Below, in pieces: positions 39,853 to 49,566 of a stretch of 64,000 nucleotides of DNA. The stretch spans positions 595,407 to 659,406 of the forward strand of contig DCXM01000006.1 of the NCBI GenBank assembly GCA_002328405.1. The letters run 5' to 3'. A model generated the notes under the pieces. It was given only the letters and a program-made list of their open reading frames with translations, ran no database searches and was not told the DNA's origin. A program made the translations under genes and the position numbers. Source of the DNA: Proteobacteria bacterium UBA2136. Lineage in GTDB: Bacteria > Pseudomonadota > Alphaproteobacteria > UBA2136. Positions within the stretch are counted from its first letter, which is position 1. Each line of letters opens with the position of its first letter.

Positions 39853-40592
39853 TATGAAGCAACCTTTCCTGTGGGGTCTAAGTTGGGTTTGTTTTGGGGG
39901 TGTGCGTCCACATCCTTCAAGTTTTCGGCAACAATGCGGCCGTTTTTAAGGTAAATGCAAGGGTAGGGGAAGCTGTTGACCAAGTCCTTGTCGTGGGTGG
40001 CCACCACCACCGTGGTGCCGTGCTTGTTCAGCTCGGTAAACAGGTGCATAATGCGCTGACCCATCGCCGCGTCCACGTTCCCTGTCGGTTCGTCCGCCAC
40101 CAAAAGGCGCGGGCGGTTGACCACCGCACGGGCAATGCTCACACGTTGTTTTTCACCGCCACTTAAAAAGCTGGGGTGCTTGTCCAGTTTGTCACCTAAG
40201 CCAACCCAGTCCAAAATTTCATCGACACATTTTTCCTGCTCAAAGGTTAATTTGCCGTGAAGTGAAAGCGGCAGCGACACATTTTCGCGCACGTTTAAAT
40301 GCTCCAGCAGTCTAAAGTCTTGGAAGACAATACCCATACGGCGACGGGTGTGGGCAATTTCGTCCCTTGAAAGCCTTGAAACGTTTTTGTTGAACAGCGT
40401 GACCGAGCCAACGCTTGGCAACAAGTCGCCATACATCATGCGGAAAAGGGTGGTTTTACCAGCGCCAGAAGGACCCGATAGAAAATGAAAAGAACCTTCT
40501 TCAATGTTGAGGTTAATGTCCTTCACGGCTTCAATGTCGGCCGAGCCATCGGTTTTGCGGTATTTAAAAGCCACATGGTTGAAGTTGATCAA
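39852..40592 (-). CDS. ftsE: Cell division ATP-binding protein FtsE (likely TTG start)
   Basis: GPSGAGKTT, GIVFQDFRLL, LSGGEKQR, ADEPTGNVD, ATHD. Confidence 0.93.
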   Translation of the reverse strand: MINFNHVAFKYRKTDGSADIEAVKDINLNIEEGSFHFLSGPSGAGKTTLFRMMYGDLLPSVGSVTLFNKNVSRLSRDEIAHTRRRMGIVFQDFRLLEHLNVRENVSLPLSLHGKLTFEQEKCVDEILDWVGLGDKLDKHPSFLSGGEKQRVSIARAVVNRPRLLVADEPTGNVDAAMGQRIMHLFTELNKHGTTVVVATHDKDLVNSFPYPCIYLKNGRIVAENLKDVDAHPQNKPNLDPTGKVAS

Positions 40593-40787
40593 TTTGCTAT
40601 CCTTTTCACGTCCAAAATAAGTTGGGTGCATTTTTACATAAAACAGCGCATATTTGCAAGAAGGTGACACCCTAATTGTTGCAATTATCATCATTGGTGG
40701 CATTTTCGTAAAAGTTTATTTGCATCTAACCCTTGGTTGACATAATGTGAAAGAAACTTGCATAGGAAATAGAGTACTCAAAAACCC

Positions 40788-41468
40788 ATGATCATTCGCT
40801 GCCCAAAGTGTAGAACGGCTTATAGCGTCCAAAATGACCAGATTTATGAAGCTGGTCGTTATGTGCGTTGTACCCATTGTGCGCATGTGTGGCACCAAAT
40901 GCCTGTGTTTGAAGCTTTCCGCGCCGAAGTGCCTTTGACCAAAGCACCACTTGCACCCAAAGCAAGGGGTGAAGGAGAAGGTGAAAGTTTAGCGCTTTCC
41001 CGTCAGATGCGTCGCCGTCAAAAAGGCCTTAAGGTGGCGTTTATCAGCACCGCGGTGCTGTTGCTTTCCATTTTAAGTGTGATGCTGCTGGCGCAAAAGT
41101 TTTTTGAGGACATGTTCCCAGCGTCCAAAGGTTTTTATGCGCTCATCGGCTTAAAGTCGGAAGAGGTGGCTAAAACGCAGTCCATCACAGGGTTGGTCAT
41201 TCCAAAGGATCGTATAGAAAGATCCCTCGAAGATGGTGAACCGTTGGTGCTCACTTTTAAAGGCGTTGTCCGCAACATCAACACCGTCAGCGTTTCGGTC
41301 CCGAAAATTATTGTAACCCTGCACGATGATAAAGGTGTGGAAATTGACCGCTGGCCAGCTTATCCAGAAAAATCAAAGCTGAACCCAGGTGAGGAAACAA
41401 AGTGGGTTTGCCGTTTCTTCAACCCAGACTTGGACAGCGTGTTTGAGCACCGTATTCAGTTTAAATAA
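40788..41468 (+). CDS. Zinc-ribbon (MJ0042-type) / DUF3426-like membrane protein
   Basis: CPKC...VRCTHCAHVW, single TM, divergent from ftsE. Confidence 0.85.
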   Translation: MIIRCPKCRTAYSVQNDQIYEAGRYVRCTHCAHVWHQMPVFEAFRAEVPLTKAPLAPKARGEGEGESLALSRQMRRRQKGLKVAFISTAVLLLSILSVMLLAQKFFEDMFPASKGFYALIGLKSEEVAKTQSITGLVIPKDRIERSLEDGEPLVLTFKGVVRNINTVSVSVPKIIVTLHDDKGVEIDRWPAYPEKSKLNPGEETKWVCRFFNPDLDSVFEHRIQFK

Positions 41469-41542
41469 TTCACCTTAAAGTAAAAACGTTTGTTGTCAAC
41501 GCCGTGACCTGCGGTTGAATCTCTGTGTGAAATTGTGAAAAA

Positions 41543-41668
41543 TTAAAAGGACTGTGAGTCCATCACCCGGTCGGCTGGTTTTTCAATGGGCGTGCGGTTG
41601 CCGCAAGCCGCCAAAGGCAATAACAGGGTGAGCGCTAAAAGAATTTTGAAAGTTTTTACCTTAAACAT
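41543..41668 (-). CDS. Small lipoprotein (YifL/LptM-like)
   Basis: Lipobox LAAC followed by GNRTPIEKP. Confidence 0.65.
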   Translation of the reverse strand: MFKVKTFKILLALTLLLPLAACGNRTPIEKPADRVMDSQSF

Positions 41669-41734
41669 TTGATGTTCTCGCCTTTGGTTCATATAATATA
41701 AAGCATACTCTATAATAACTTTGAAGTGGGCGCA

Positions 41735-42313
41735 ATGCGGCAATTTATTTTCAGTTTAATTTTATCTGCATTCAGTTTTTCGGCCCACGCCCAAGTGATG
41801 GACTTTTACCAAAAGCCGGTGTCAGTGCCCAATTTGGTGTGGCAAACCCCCAAAGGGGAGGATGTTTCCATGGCGCACTTTAAAGGCAAGGTGGTGTTGT
41901 TAAACTTGTGGGCGACATGGTGCAAACCTTGCCAGATTGAAATGCCGGCCTTCAACTTTTTGCAAAGGCGTTACAAACAAGGTGGTTTTGAAGTGGTGGC
42001 TGTTGCCATCAACGACACGCCTGAAAAGGTCAGTGCATTTATTCACCAAAACCGTTTGGATTACATCACCCCGTATGTGGATACCCATCAAATGGTTGGT
42101 CGCGCTTTTGCGCCTAAAGCCATGCCTACCAGTTACCTGATCAACCGAAAAGGTGAGGTAATTGCCGGTAAAGCCGGCCTTTCGGACTGGTTAAGTGCGG
42201 AAATGATGAACTTGATTGAGAGCGAACTGCGCAAGGCGCAAGCGCCGTTTGAACTGCCGAAGGGCATGCAAGTGATTGATCGCAATGACATTCACGGTGG
42301 CATCCGTTTTTAA
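41735..42313 (+). CDS. tlpA: TlpA-family thiol:disulfide oxidoreductase
   Basis: LNLWATWCKPCQIEMP, MPTSYLI. Confidence 0.88.
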   Translation: MRQFIFSLILSAFSFSAHAQVMDFYQKPVSVPNLVWQTPKGEDVSMAHFKGKVVLLNLWATWCKPCQIEMPAFNFLQRRYKQGGFEVVAVAINDTPEKVSAFIHQNRLDYITPYVDTHQMVGRAFAPKAMPTSYLINRKGEVIAGKAGLSDWLSAEMMNLIESELRKAQAPFELPKGMQVIDRNDIHGGIRF

Positions 42314-42426
42314 GGTTTAAAAAAACGCTCAAAAGCCCTTGTAAGTCGGTTTTTTGGTGCTTATATAAATGTTAGTAATTTTTGTAACACATTCCCTTTT
42401 CCCCCACTTTTTATGGAGAAACTCTT

Positions 42427-42996
42427 ATGGGTTCAATTGTTTTAACAAAGGCTGAGATGGAACTGCGTCAAAGTTATGGCATGATTTACCAAAAAACAGA
42501 TGTTTCTGTTGTGTTGCCGATGGGATCGTTTAAAGACCCGCAGGCGGTGAAGGACCAGTTTTTAAATGGTGATTCCCAAAATGTGACAGACTTCCGTGAA
42601 GATAACGTTGTTTACTTGATGGAAGAGGAAGACAGCATTGGTCGCCCTTTCATGGGTAGTAATACCCGCTTTACCAAGTTAACAGTCAAGTGTTTACCGC
42701 GTGTGATCAATCAAACAGAGCTGGAAGGTTTTCGTGCCCACGGTGTGAACTTTCAGTTTAACCCTGCATGGGAAAGTTACCGCTCGGGTTTTTATCGCAG
42801 CATTTCAAGTTGTGGAGACCAAGGACGCTTTCTGGATTTGGTGGTGAGTGAGATGGTTTTAAATGCAATAAACTTAAACCCTGATGCCGAAGCTTTTGTG
42901 GTGACCGATATCACCATCACTGTTGAGAACAAGGTTAAATCTCCCCATTATGTGGGTGGTTGTGCCTTGGTGCCTGTTTACGAAAAACTTGACTAA
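42427..42996 (+). CDS. Hypothetical protein
   Basis: GGAG RBS, 189 aa, followed by a terminator. Confidence 0.7.
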   Translation: MGSIVLTKAEMELRQSYGMIYQKTDVSVVLPMGSFKDPQAVKDQFLNGDSQNVTDFREDNVVYLMEEEDSIGRPFMGSNTRFTKLTVKCLPRVINQTELEGFRAHGVNFQFNPAWESYRSGFYRSISSCGDQGRFLDLVVSEMVLNAINLNPDAEAFVVTDITITVENKVKSPHYVGGCALVPVYEKLD

Positions 42997-43008
42997 AAGT
43001 GTCAATGT

Positions 43009-43033
43009 AAAAGCCCTCAGGTGAGGGCTTTTT
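43009..43033. terminator. Bidirectional rho-independent terminator
   Basis: AAAAGCCCTCA-GG-TGAGGGCTTTTT. Confidence 0.8.
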
Positions 43034-43815
43034 TATTTCTCGGTGCTGTCAATCACTTCATAACTGCTTGTGTCGTAAATCACTTCCTTAAAATAAAGAC
43101 CTTGCGGGGCAAGGGTTACCCCGCCGTCTTTGCGGTTGCCGGTTTGAAGCATCTTTTTAAATGTATCGGCTGGCAGGTGGCCACGGCCAATGTCCACCGC
43201 AGTGCCGACGGTGATGCGGATCATATTATGCAAAAAGTGGTCGGCCTGAATGTGAAACTTAATCAGGTCACCTTCTTGAACTACTTCAATTTTTTGCATG
43301 TTGCACATGGGGGTGGAGGATTGACATTCCGTGGTGCGAAAAGCGCTAAAGTCATGTTCACCAATCAGGTCTTTTAAGGCGGTTGCCATCAATCCCACAT
43401 CCAATTTAAAGGGAACATGCACCGCATGGTGGCGGTAAATAGCGCTGGGCGCACGGCGGTTGAGGATGTGAAATTCATAAGCACGGGCTTGGGCGCTAAA
43501 ACGGGCGTGGAAATGGTCGCTCACTTCTTCTGCTTTTAAAATGGAGATGCTGTCCGGCGTAAAACGGTTGATGCCGTCCTTAAAAGTGAGTAGGCGGTGC
43601 TTGCACGGCTCCAATTCAAAATGGCAAACTTGGTTGAGGCCGTGGACACCGGCATCGGTTCGCCCAGCGGTGTAAACATTTGGTTTTTGTTGGGTAAGCT
43701 TAAAAATGGCTTCTTCAATGGCACCTTGCACGGTGGGCAAGTTGGGTTGGCGTTGCCAGCCGTAAAATGCACTGCCGTCATATTCAACGGTTAATTTAAT
43801 GCGTCTTGTGGTCAT
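43033..43815 (-). CDS. truA: tRNA pseudouridine(38-40) synthase
   Basis: EYDGSAFYGWQRQ, AGRTDAGVH, FHARFSA, FLHNMIR. Confidence 0.96.
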   Translation of the reverse strand: MTTRRIKLTVEYDGSAFYGWQRQPNLPTVQGAIEEAIFKLTQQKPNVYTAGRTDAGVHGLNQVCHFELEPCKHRLLTFKDGINRFTPDSISILKAEEVSDHFHARFSAQARAYEFHILNRRAPSAIYRHHAVHVPFKLDVGLMATALKDLIGEHDFSAFRTTECQSSTPMCNMQKIEVVQEGDLIKFHIQADHFLHNMIRITVGTAVDIGRGHLPADTFKKMLQTGNRKDGGVTLAPQGLYFKEVIYDTSSYEVIDSTEK

Positions 43816-44792
43816 TTAAAAATGTCACCCACTTTAAGGGAGTAGCCGGCGACGAACTCGCTGGCGGGTAGGGCGCGTTTCCCTGACCGTTGCAAAACTT
43901 GCAGGCCAATTATGTCAGTTTTGGTTTGCACCCAAACGGCGGTGCTATCTATGTGCATCACTTGGCCGATTTGGGGTTGGTTTTCGCCGTTTTGCGTTTT
44001 CAATTCGTCCATTATGCACAAAAGCGAATCATCCTTGTTGGTGGTGAGGGTGCTTTTTAACACCTTGATTTCATTGTTATTGTGCGTTGTGGTGGCGCCA
44101 GGCCAAGGTGAAAGGCCACGAATTTTGTTGTGAATTTCCTGTGCGGGTTGTCCAAAGTCAATCGGTCGCAGGGTGGGGAGTTCGGCTGTGGTAAATTTGT
44201 GGGCGTATGTGGTTTCCCCTTGTTGTGGGATGGCTTGGTCATGGTAGTGCGACCAGTTGTTGACCACCTCCAACATCAATTCAGCGCCCGTTTTTTTAAA
44301 TCTATCGTGCAATTCGCCTGCGGTTTCGTCCGCACCGATGGTGTAACTTTTTCGCAAATAAACGGGGCCAGTGTCCAACCCTTTTTCCATCTGCATAATA
44401 CAAATGTCCGTTTTTGTCGCGCCGTGCAAAATGGGGTAATTCATCGGTGCTGCACCACGCCAAAGTGGCAAAGCGGATGGGTGTAAGTTGATGCAAGTGG
44501 CTGAATTGACAAGTCTTTCTGGTAGTATTAGGCCATAAGCAACCACTACGATCAAGTCGGGTTTTTGCGCTAAAATCTTGTCCACCTCTTCAGGGGTTAA
44601 TTTCTCTGGTACGCATACACTTAAATGATGGCCTTGCGCCAGCTGGTGAACAGGCGTCGGCTTGATTTTTTGACCGCGGCCGGCAGGGCGTGGTGGTTGG
44701 CTGTAAACCGCCAAAATTTCATGGTTGCTTTTTACCAGCGCTTCAAGGGTGGGGGTGGCAAAGTCGGGCGAACCCATAAAAATTACTTTCAT
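43812..44792 (-). CDS. fmt: Methionyl-tRNA formyltransferase
   Basis: FMGSPDFA, VVAYGLIL, INLHPS.LP.WRGAAP, GLDTGP. Confidence 0.96.
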   Translation of the reverse strand: MKVIFMGSPDFATPTLEALVKSNHEILAVYSQPPRPAGRGQKIKPTPVHQLAQGHHLSVCVPEKLTPEEVDKILAQKPDLIVVVAYGLILPERLVNSATCINLHPSALPLWRGAAPMNYPILHGATKTDICIMQMEKGLDTGPVYLRKSYTIGADETAGELHDRFKKTGAELMLEVVNNWSHYHDQAIPQQGETTYAHKFTTAELPTLRPIDFGQPAQEIHNKIRGLSPWPGATTTHNNNEIKVLKSTLTTNKDDSLLCIMDELKTQNGENQPQIGQVMHIDSTAVWVQTKTDIIGLQVLQRSGKRALPASEFVAGYSLKVGDIFK

Positions 44793-44817
44793 AAAATCCG
44801 CCTTTCTTTACAGTAAG

Positions 44818-45363
44818 TTAAAGGGTGTGAGTGTCTTGCCTTTTGTCAAAAGCGCCTTGCTTTTTAAGCTTGTTTAGCTTTTTAACAATCATGTTTTTCT
44901 TCAAGCGGGACAAGTGGTCCACAAACAAAACACCGTTTAAGTGATCAATTTCATGTTGAATGCAAGTGGCGAGCAAGCCTTCGGCTTTAAGGCTTTGTTT
45001 TTGGCCGTTTTCGTCCAAATATTCAACCGTAATTTTTTCTGGGCGCTCCACTTCTTCATAAAAAGTTGGCACCGATAAGCAACCTTCTTGGTAGGTTGAT
45101 AAATCATCACTGCTTTGAGTGATCACGGGGTTGATCAGTTTGATGGGGGCGGGTTCTTCCTCTTCTGGGTTGGCCACGTCCACCACAATCATCCGCTTTA
45201 AAATGCCCACTTGGTTGGCAGCAAGGCCAATGCCGGGTGCCTTGTACATGGTTTCAAGCATGTTGTCCAAGGTTTCACGAATTTCGTCTGTCACTTCTGT
45301 TACATCCTCTGCCTTTTTAGCCAAGGTGGGGTGAGGTGCAACTAAAATATCAAGTAATGCCAT
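44818..45363 (-). CDS. def: Peptide deformylase
   Basis: GIGLAANQ, EGCLSVP, QHEIDHLNG. Confidence 0.97.
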   Translation of the reverse strand: MALLDILVAPHPTLAKKAEDVTEVTDEIRETLDNMLETMYKAPGIGLAANQVGILKRMIVVDVANPEEEEPAPIKLINPVITQSSDDLSTYQEGCLSVPTFYEEVERPEKITVEYLDENGQKQSLKAEGLLATCIQHEIDHLNGVLFVDHLSRLKKNMIVKKLNKLKKQGAFDKRQDTHTL

Positions 45364-45461
45364 TTAAATTTCCTTTCATCGAAAACATATGCCAGAAAAG
45401 CCTTTGTTTCAAGTGTGTTTATAGCATAAACTGGTAAAAAAATAAAATTTTGGGGTTCTGG

Positions 45462-47216
45462 ATGACTGAAAGCTTGCAAACATTTATCGGTTTAAGTGCT
45501 TTGGTGCTTTTTTATTTTGTGGTGGGCCGTGTGGTGGCAACCCACACATTGTTTGGGCGTTATTTTGCCTCTTCCATTTTATTTAATGTTTTAAGTGCTT
45601 TTTCTATTTGGTTTTTAGCCGCCTTGGTGGCGCTTTTTTTAGGTGTTTCACTGGACGTGATGTGGTGGGTTTATGTGGCGGTGTGCGCGGCTGGGCTTGT
45701 GTTTTCATGGGCGTTCAGGCGTGACGCTTTGCCCAGCGAACACAGCTTCACCTTGCCGTTCGTAAGTTGTTTGTTTTTGATACCGGTGTTCTTTTTCGTG
45801 TGGGCGGATGTGCCTGTTCAAATGCATGAATTGTTAGTGGATTATCCACTCTTTGAATCCCTCAATGCGGGGGCGGTTGGCGCTGTTGCGCCCGTGAATG
45901 GGAATTTAACCGTTGGTTTGTTTTTGTACCCATTATCGACATTTTTAAGTGGTTATGATGCTGTTTTTGCATTGTTCAACGTATTGCTTTTGGCGATGGT
46001 GGCGGATGCGATGATTAAAGTGACAAACTTGCAGGTGCGTTGGTCCAACTTGCCATTGCTTGCGGTGGGTGCTTTGATGGGGTTGTGTGTGTTAAATCCG
46101 TTTATGAATTTGGAAAGTCTTGCATCATTTAACAGTGACCTTTTGTTTGCTGCTGTTTTGTTAACTGTTGTGACCCCGCTTTGCCGTGAAAAACCGTTGC
46201 CTTATGGTTATGGCATTTTCCCCATTGCGGCGTTGCTTGGGGTTTTGGCCGCTGGTTTTGGTGCAGCAGGTTACTTGATGAGCATTGTGGCTGTGGTGGT
46301 TTATGTTCTGCGGTCTCTGGTGGATGATAAACGTTGGTTTGATAGCATTTTTGGCAACGTGGTGGTGGTGTGTGTGCCTTTGATGGCGCATGCAATTTAT
46401 GGCCTTCTTTGGGGTCAGGCAACCATTGTGAGTGCCGAAATCTACACTTTGAATGTGTTTGAAATTTTATGGTTGGTTTTGCTGTTGCTGGTTTTTGTGG
46501 TTCAGTTTATGTCCACTCGTGCCAATTTTTTAGAAGACTTGCTGGTGCGGCAGTCATGGCTGATGGTACCAGTTATATTTGTGGCTGTTGGCGTGGCGGA
46601 TTTATATTTAGGTCAGCACCGCATTACGCCGGAACATTATCAGTTTTTGGCTTTGGTGCCAGTTTGGTTTTTGGCCACGTCATGGTATCAAGGCTCCAAG
46701 TGGCGCAGTTTGGCCTATGACCATCCGTGGGTTTTGGCGCTGGGGCTGGGTGTGGTGTTTGTTTCATTTTCCACCCTGTATGCCGACAGTTTAACCCAAA
46801 GACATGATGACCCAAGCCAGCATACCCTTTTAATTGCGAAAGATATGCAAGAGTCATATGTGGCAAAGGGTGATTCTATCGCTGTTTTGGAACATGGCGT
46901 GCATGACATTGAAGGCTATTACAGTGCGATGTTAAAACACGGCTTAAAAGGTCATCAAGCGCCAGTGTTAAATGTTGATGAATTATTCCGGAAAAGTGTG
47001 AACGATATGGGGCTGTTCCACATGGCTTTGATGAATAATAATTTTCAGTACCTTTGGCTGCACACTCCTGTTGAGGAGGACCGTGCTTGGGTTGGCCGTT
47101 ATTTAAAAGTGGACCGGTCTTATTTATTTGAAGTGACAAGCAAAGGCTTGCGTCTGATTCAAGTTTATCCGCACCCCAGTTACACATATTACAGCTTATC
47201 AAAACCTGCGGATTAG
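45462..47216 (+). CDS. Polytopic membrane protein (possibly GT-C-fold glycosyltransferase-like)
   Basis: More than 12 hydrophobic segments and a soluble C-terminal domain; function inferred only from topology. Confidence 0.7.
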   Translation: MTESLQTFIGLSALVLFYFVVGRVVATHTLFGRYFASSILFNVLSAFSIWFLAALVALFLGVSLDVMWWVYVAVCAAGLVFSWAFRRDALPSEHSFTLPFVSCLFLIPVFFFVWADVPVQMHELLVDYPLFESLNAGAVGAVAPVNGNLTVGLFLYPLSTFLSGYDAVFALFNVLLLAMVADAMIKVTNLQVRWSNLPLLAVGALMGLCVLNPFMNLESLASFNSDLLFAAVLLTVVTPLCREKPLPYGYGIFPIAALLGVLAAGFGAAGYLMSIVAVVVYVLRSLVDDKRWFDSIFGNVVVVCVPLMAHAIYGLLWGQATIVSAEIYTLNVFEILWLVLLLLVFVVQFMSTRANFLEDLLVRQSWLMVPVIFVAVGVADLYLGQHRITPEHYQFLALVPVWFLATSWYQGSKWRSLAYDHPWVLALGLGVVFVSFSTLYADSLTQRHDDPSQHTLLIAKDMQESYVAKGDSIAVLEHGVHDIEGYYSAMLKHGLKGHQAPVLNVDELFRKSVNDMGLFHMALMNNNFQYLWLHTPVEEDRAWVGRYLKVDRSYLFEVTSKGLRLIQVYPHPSYTYYSLSKPAD

Positions 47217-47354
47217 CCTGTGAGCCGTGGGTTTGGTTTGTTGATAAATTTTTCTTATTGTTAATATAATAACAATATATTTTTTATTTATTTTGAATGT
47301 CTTATACTAATTATAGTGAGTTTGATTGTAAGTAACTAAAAAGGAGTTTGGTCA

Positions 47355-47561
47355 ATGAGATTGATTTTGAAAACAGCTTCTTACGGTGTGTTGCATGTGA
47401 TTGTAGCTATCTCCGTTGCTTACGCTTTAACTGGGAACATGCTGATTGCAGTGGGCATTGGGCTGGTTGAGCCACTGGTGCAAACAGTTGTGTTTTCAGT
47501 GCATGAATGGCTGTGGGAAAGGAAGGCTGTAAAGCTGGCACCCATAAGCCATCAATCCTAA
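47355..47561 (+). CDS. DUF2061 small membrane protein
   Basis: KTASYGVLH..VA..VAYALTG...IGLVEP.VQTV.F..HE..W. Confidence 0.85.
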   Translation: MRLILKTASYGVLHVIVAISVAYALTGNMLIAVGIGLVEPLVQTVVFSVHEWLWERKAVKLAPISHQS

Positions 47562-47590
47562 AATTAAATTGAATTAATGAGAGAGAAATA

Positions 47591-48031
47591 ATGAGTCAAA
47601 AAGTTGTTGAGAATTTGAAAAATGTGCTGGCTGATAGCTACGCACTCTATTTGAAAACGCAAAACTACCACTGGAATGTGAAAGGCCCGCATTTCAACTC
47701 GTTGCATTTGCTTTTTGAAGGGCAATATCAAGACCTTGCTGCTTCGATTGATGAAATTGCCGAGCTGATTCGCGCTTTGGGTGAAATTGCACCCGGAACA
47801 TGGAAAGAGTACGAAGCCTTGACTGTGATTAAAGACGGTGATGCAACTCTAAGCGCTGATGAGATGGTGAAAGATTTGGCGGAAGATCAAGAGAAAATTG
47901 TTAAAAACAGTTTGCAAAAAACCTTGGACGCCGCAGAAGAAATTGGCGATGACGTGGTGGTGGATGCCATGGTCGGCCGAATGACGGTTCACCGCAAAAA
48001 CAAATGGATGCTGAACAGCAGCATTGCCTAA
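47591..48031 (+). CDS. dps: DNA starvation/stationary phase protection protein Dps
   Basis: LYLKTQNYHWNVKGPHF..LH..FE.QY, DEIAE, H.K..WML. Confidence 0.95.
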   Translation: MSQKVVENLKNVLADSYALYLKTQNYHWNVKGPHFNSLHLLFEGQYQDLAASIDEIAELIRALGEIAPGTWKEYEALTVIKDGDATLSADEMVKDLAEDQEKIVKNSLQKTLDAAEEIGDDVVVDAMVGRMTVHRKNKWMLNSSIA

Positions 48032-48186
48032 AGATTAACCCCTAAGCAACTTACAAACTGGAAGAACCTAGACGAAAGTAAAAGCCGCCTTGTGCGGTTT
48101 TTGTTTTATTTGAAACTGTAGTTAAATTAAGTTATCTTCCGGTTATTAATTTTTCACACTTTACTTTTTTAAAGAGGTTTCCTCTT

Positions 48187-48897
48187 ATGAAAATTGCAAT
48201 TTATTGCGGTGCCAAAGGTACAACGCCTGAAACCCGCAAACATGCTTACAGCTTTGCTGAACAATTTTTTATAAAACATGAAATTGTTTTGTTGGACGGT
48301 CGGTCCATTCAAAATGGTCTCTTAAATAAAACGGTGGACTATTTTATTGTCCCCGGTGGTGCAACCACAGATATGATACAGGAGCTGGGCATCCAAGGCA
48401 TTCAGGCTATATCATCTTACGTAAAAAATGGTGGTTATTACATTGGCATTTGCGCAGGTGCTTATTTGGCGTCGAGCGTGGTGGATTTTCAAAGTGATGA
48501 TTTGAAACTGGTCAAAAAAAGACCGCTTGGTTTTTATGCTGGCACGCAAAAAGGGCCTTACAATGGGCGTTATGCTTCCCAAAACAACATTGGCTTTCAA
48601 TGTGTGGATATCCATGTTTTGGGTGAAACGTTACCAGTTTACTTGAATGGTGGTGGTATTTTTGTAAACCCTGAAGCGTTGCCGAATGTTCAGGTTGTTG
48701 GTCGTTATGAAACTGGCGAAGCTTGCGCTGTGCGCTGTCAATTCGGTAAGGGTGAGGCGCTGTTGTTGGCGGTTCATTTAGAATATCAACCGCACCTTTT
48801 GCGACCCGATTCTTACATCTCACAGGCAGATATTCAACGTTTGATGCTGTCCAACCCATCACGGTTTAAAGTTTGGCAAAGCCTTTTAAATGTGTAA
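48187..48897 (+). CDS. BPL-N domain (class I GATase-like) protein
   Basis: IVPGGA, YVKNGGYYIGICAGAY, YLNGGG.F, G.GEALL..VHLEY. Confidence 0.8.
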   Translation: MKIAIYCGAKGTTPETRKHAYSFAEQFFIKHEIVLLDGRSIQNGLLNKTVDYFIVPGGATTDMIQELGIQGIQAISSYVKNGGYYIGICAGAYLASSVVDFQSDDLKLVKKRPLGFYAGTQKGPYNGRYASQNNIGFQCVDIHVLGETLPVYLNGGGIFVNPEALPNVQVVGRYETGEACAVRCQFGKGEALLLAVHLEYQPHLLRPDSYISQADIQRLMLSNPSRFKVWQSLLNV

Positions 48898-49019
48898 TCG
48901 AGCAAAAAGCATCCTTCTTGGGTGCTTTTTTTTGTGGTTGGTGTAGGGTTTTGTTAAGTCTAAGCTTGAGTTTTGTGCGATATGCGCTTATAAATAACCT
49001 AGATAAGCATTTTTTATCT

Positions 49020-49423
49020 GGGGGCGACATTGGTTTCGACGGGATAAATGAGTGTTTAGGAGCATGTGGCGGGGAGGACGGCCCACCTTACAAAACGTCT
49101 AAAAAATATAGTTGCAGATGACAACTTTGAATACGCAATGGCTGCCTAATTTAATTAAGTAGTTAGTATTCTTTTTAAACAGGGACCTATAACCTCCCTG
49201 GCCGAGTCTAAACTTTCGTGTGTTGAGGTTTATGCTTGGTTCATATTGAGACACACTCGCTGATCAGGATGCCGTGACTGTGATGTTAAATTTTAAGCGG
49301 ACGGCTTAATTGTGGTAGGTCACTCGACAGCAGTTAAGAGATTTTTAAAGAGTGACTAAACATGTAGTAGCCTGGCGCAAAACTTTGTTGCGGACGGGGG
49401 TTCAACTCCCCCCGCCTCCACCA
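49020..49423 (+). ncRNA. ssrA: tmRNA, one-piece; tag reading frame ADDNFEYAMAA
   Basis: 5' GGGGGCGACATTGGTTTCGAC; 3' GGACGGGGGTTCAACTCCCCCCGCCTCCACCA; G3-U acceptor pair; tag ORF 49114-49149. Confidence 0.96.
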
Positions 49424-49566
49424 TTTAACAATCCAACAACGTCCAAAGAAGTTTAATTTATCTTTATTTTTCAATAATCCTTGACATGTATACGAGGTTG
49501 AAATAGTTTGCATCTTGCTGTGAATGCAACACCTTTCTTTTTCTTTTCTGTACGGAATTTATCTTT

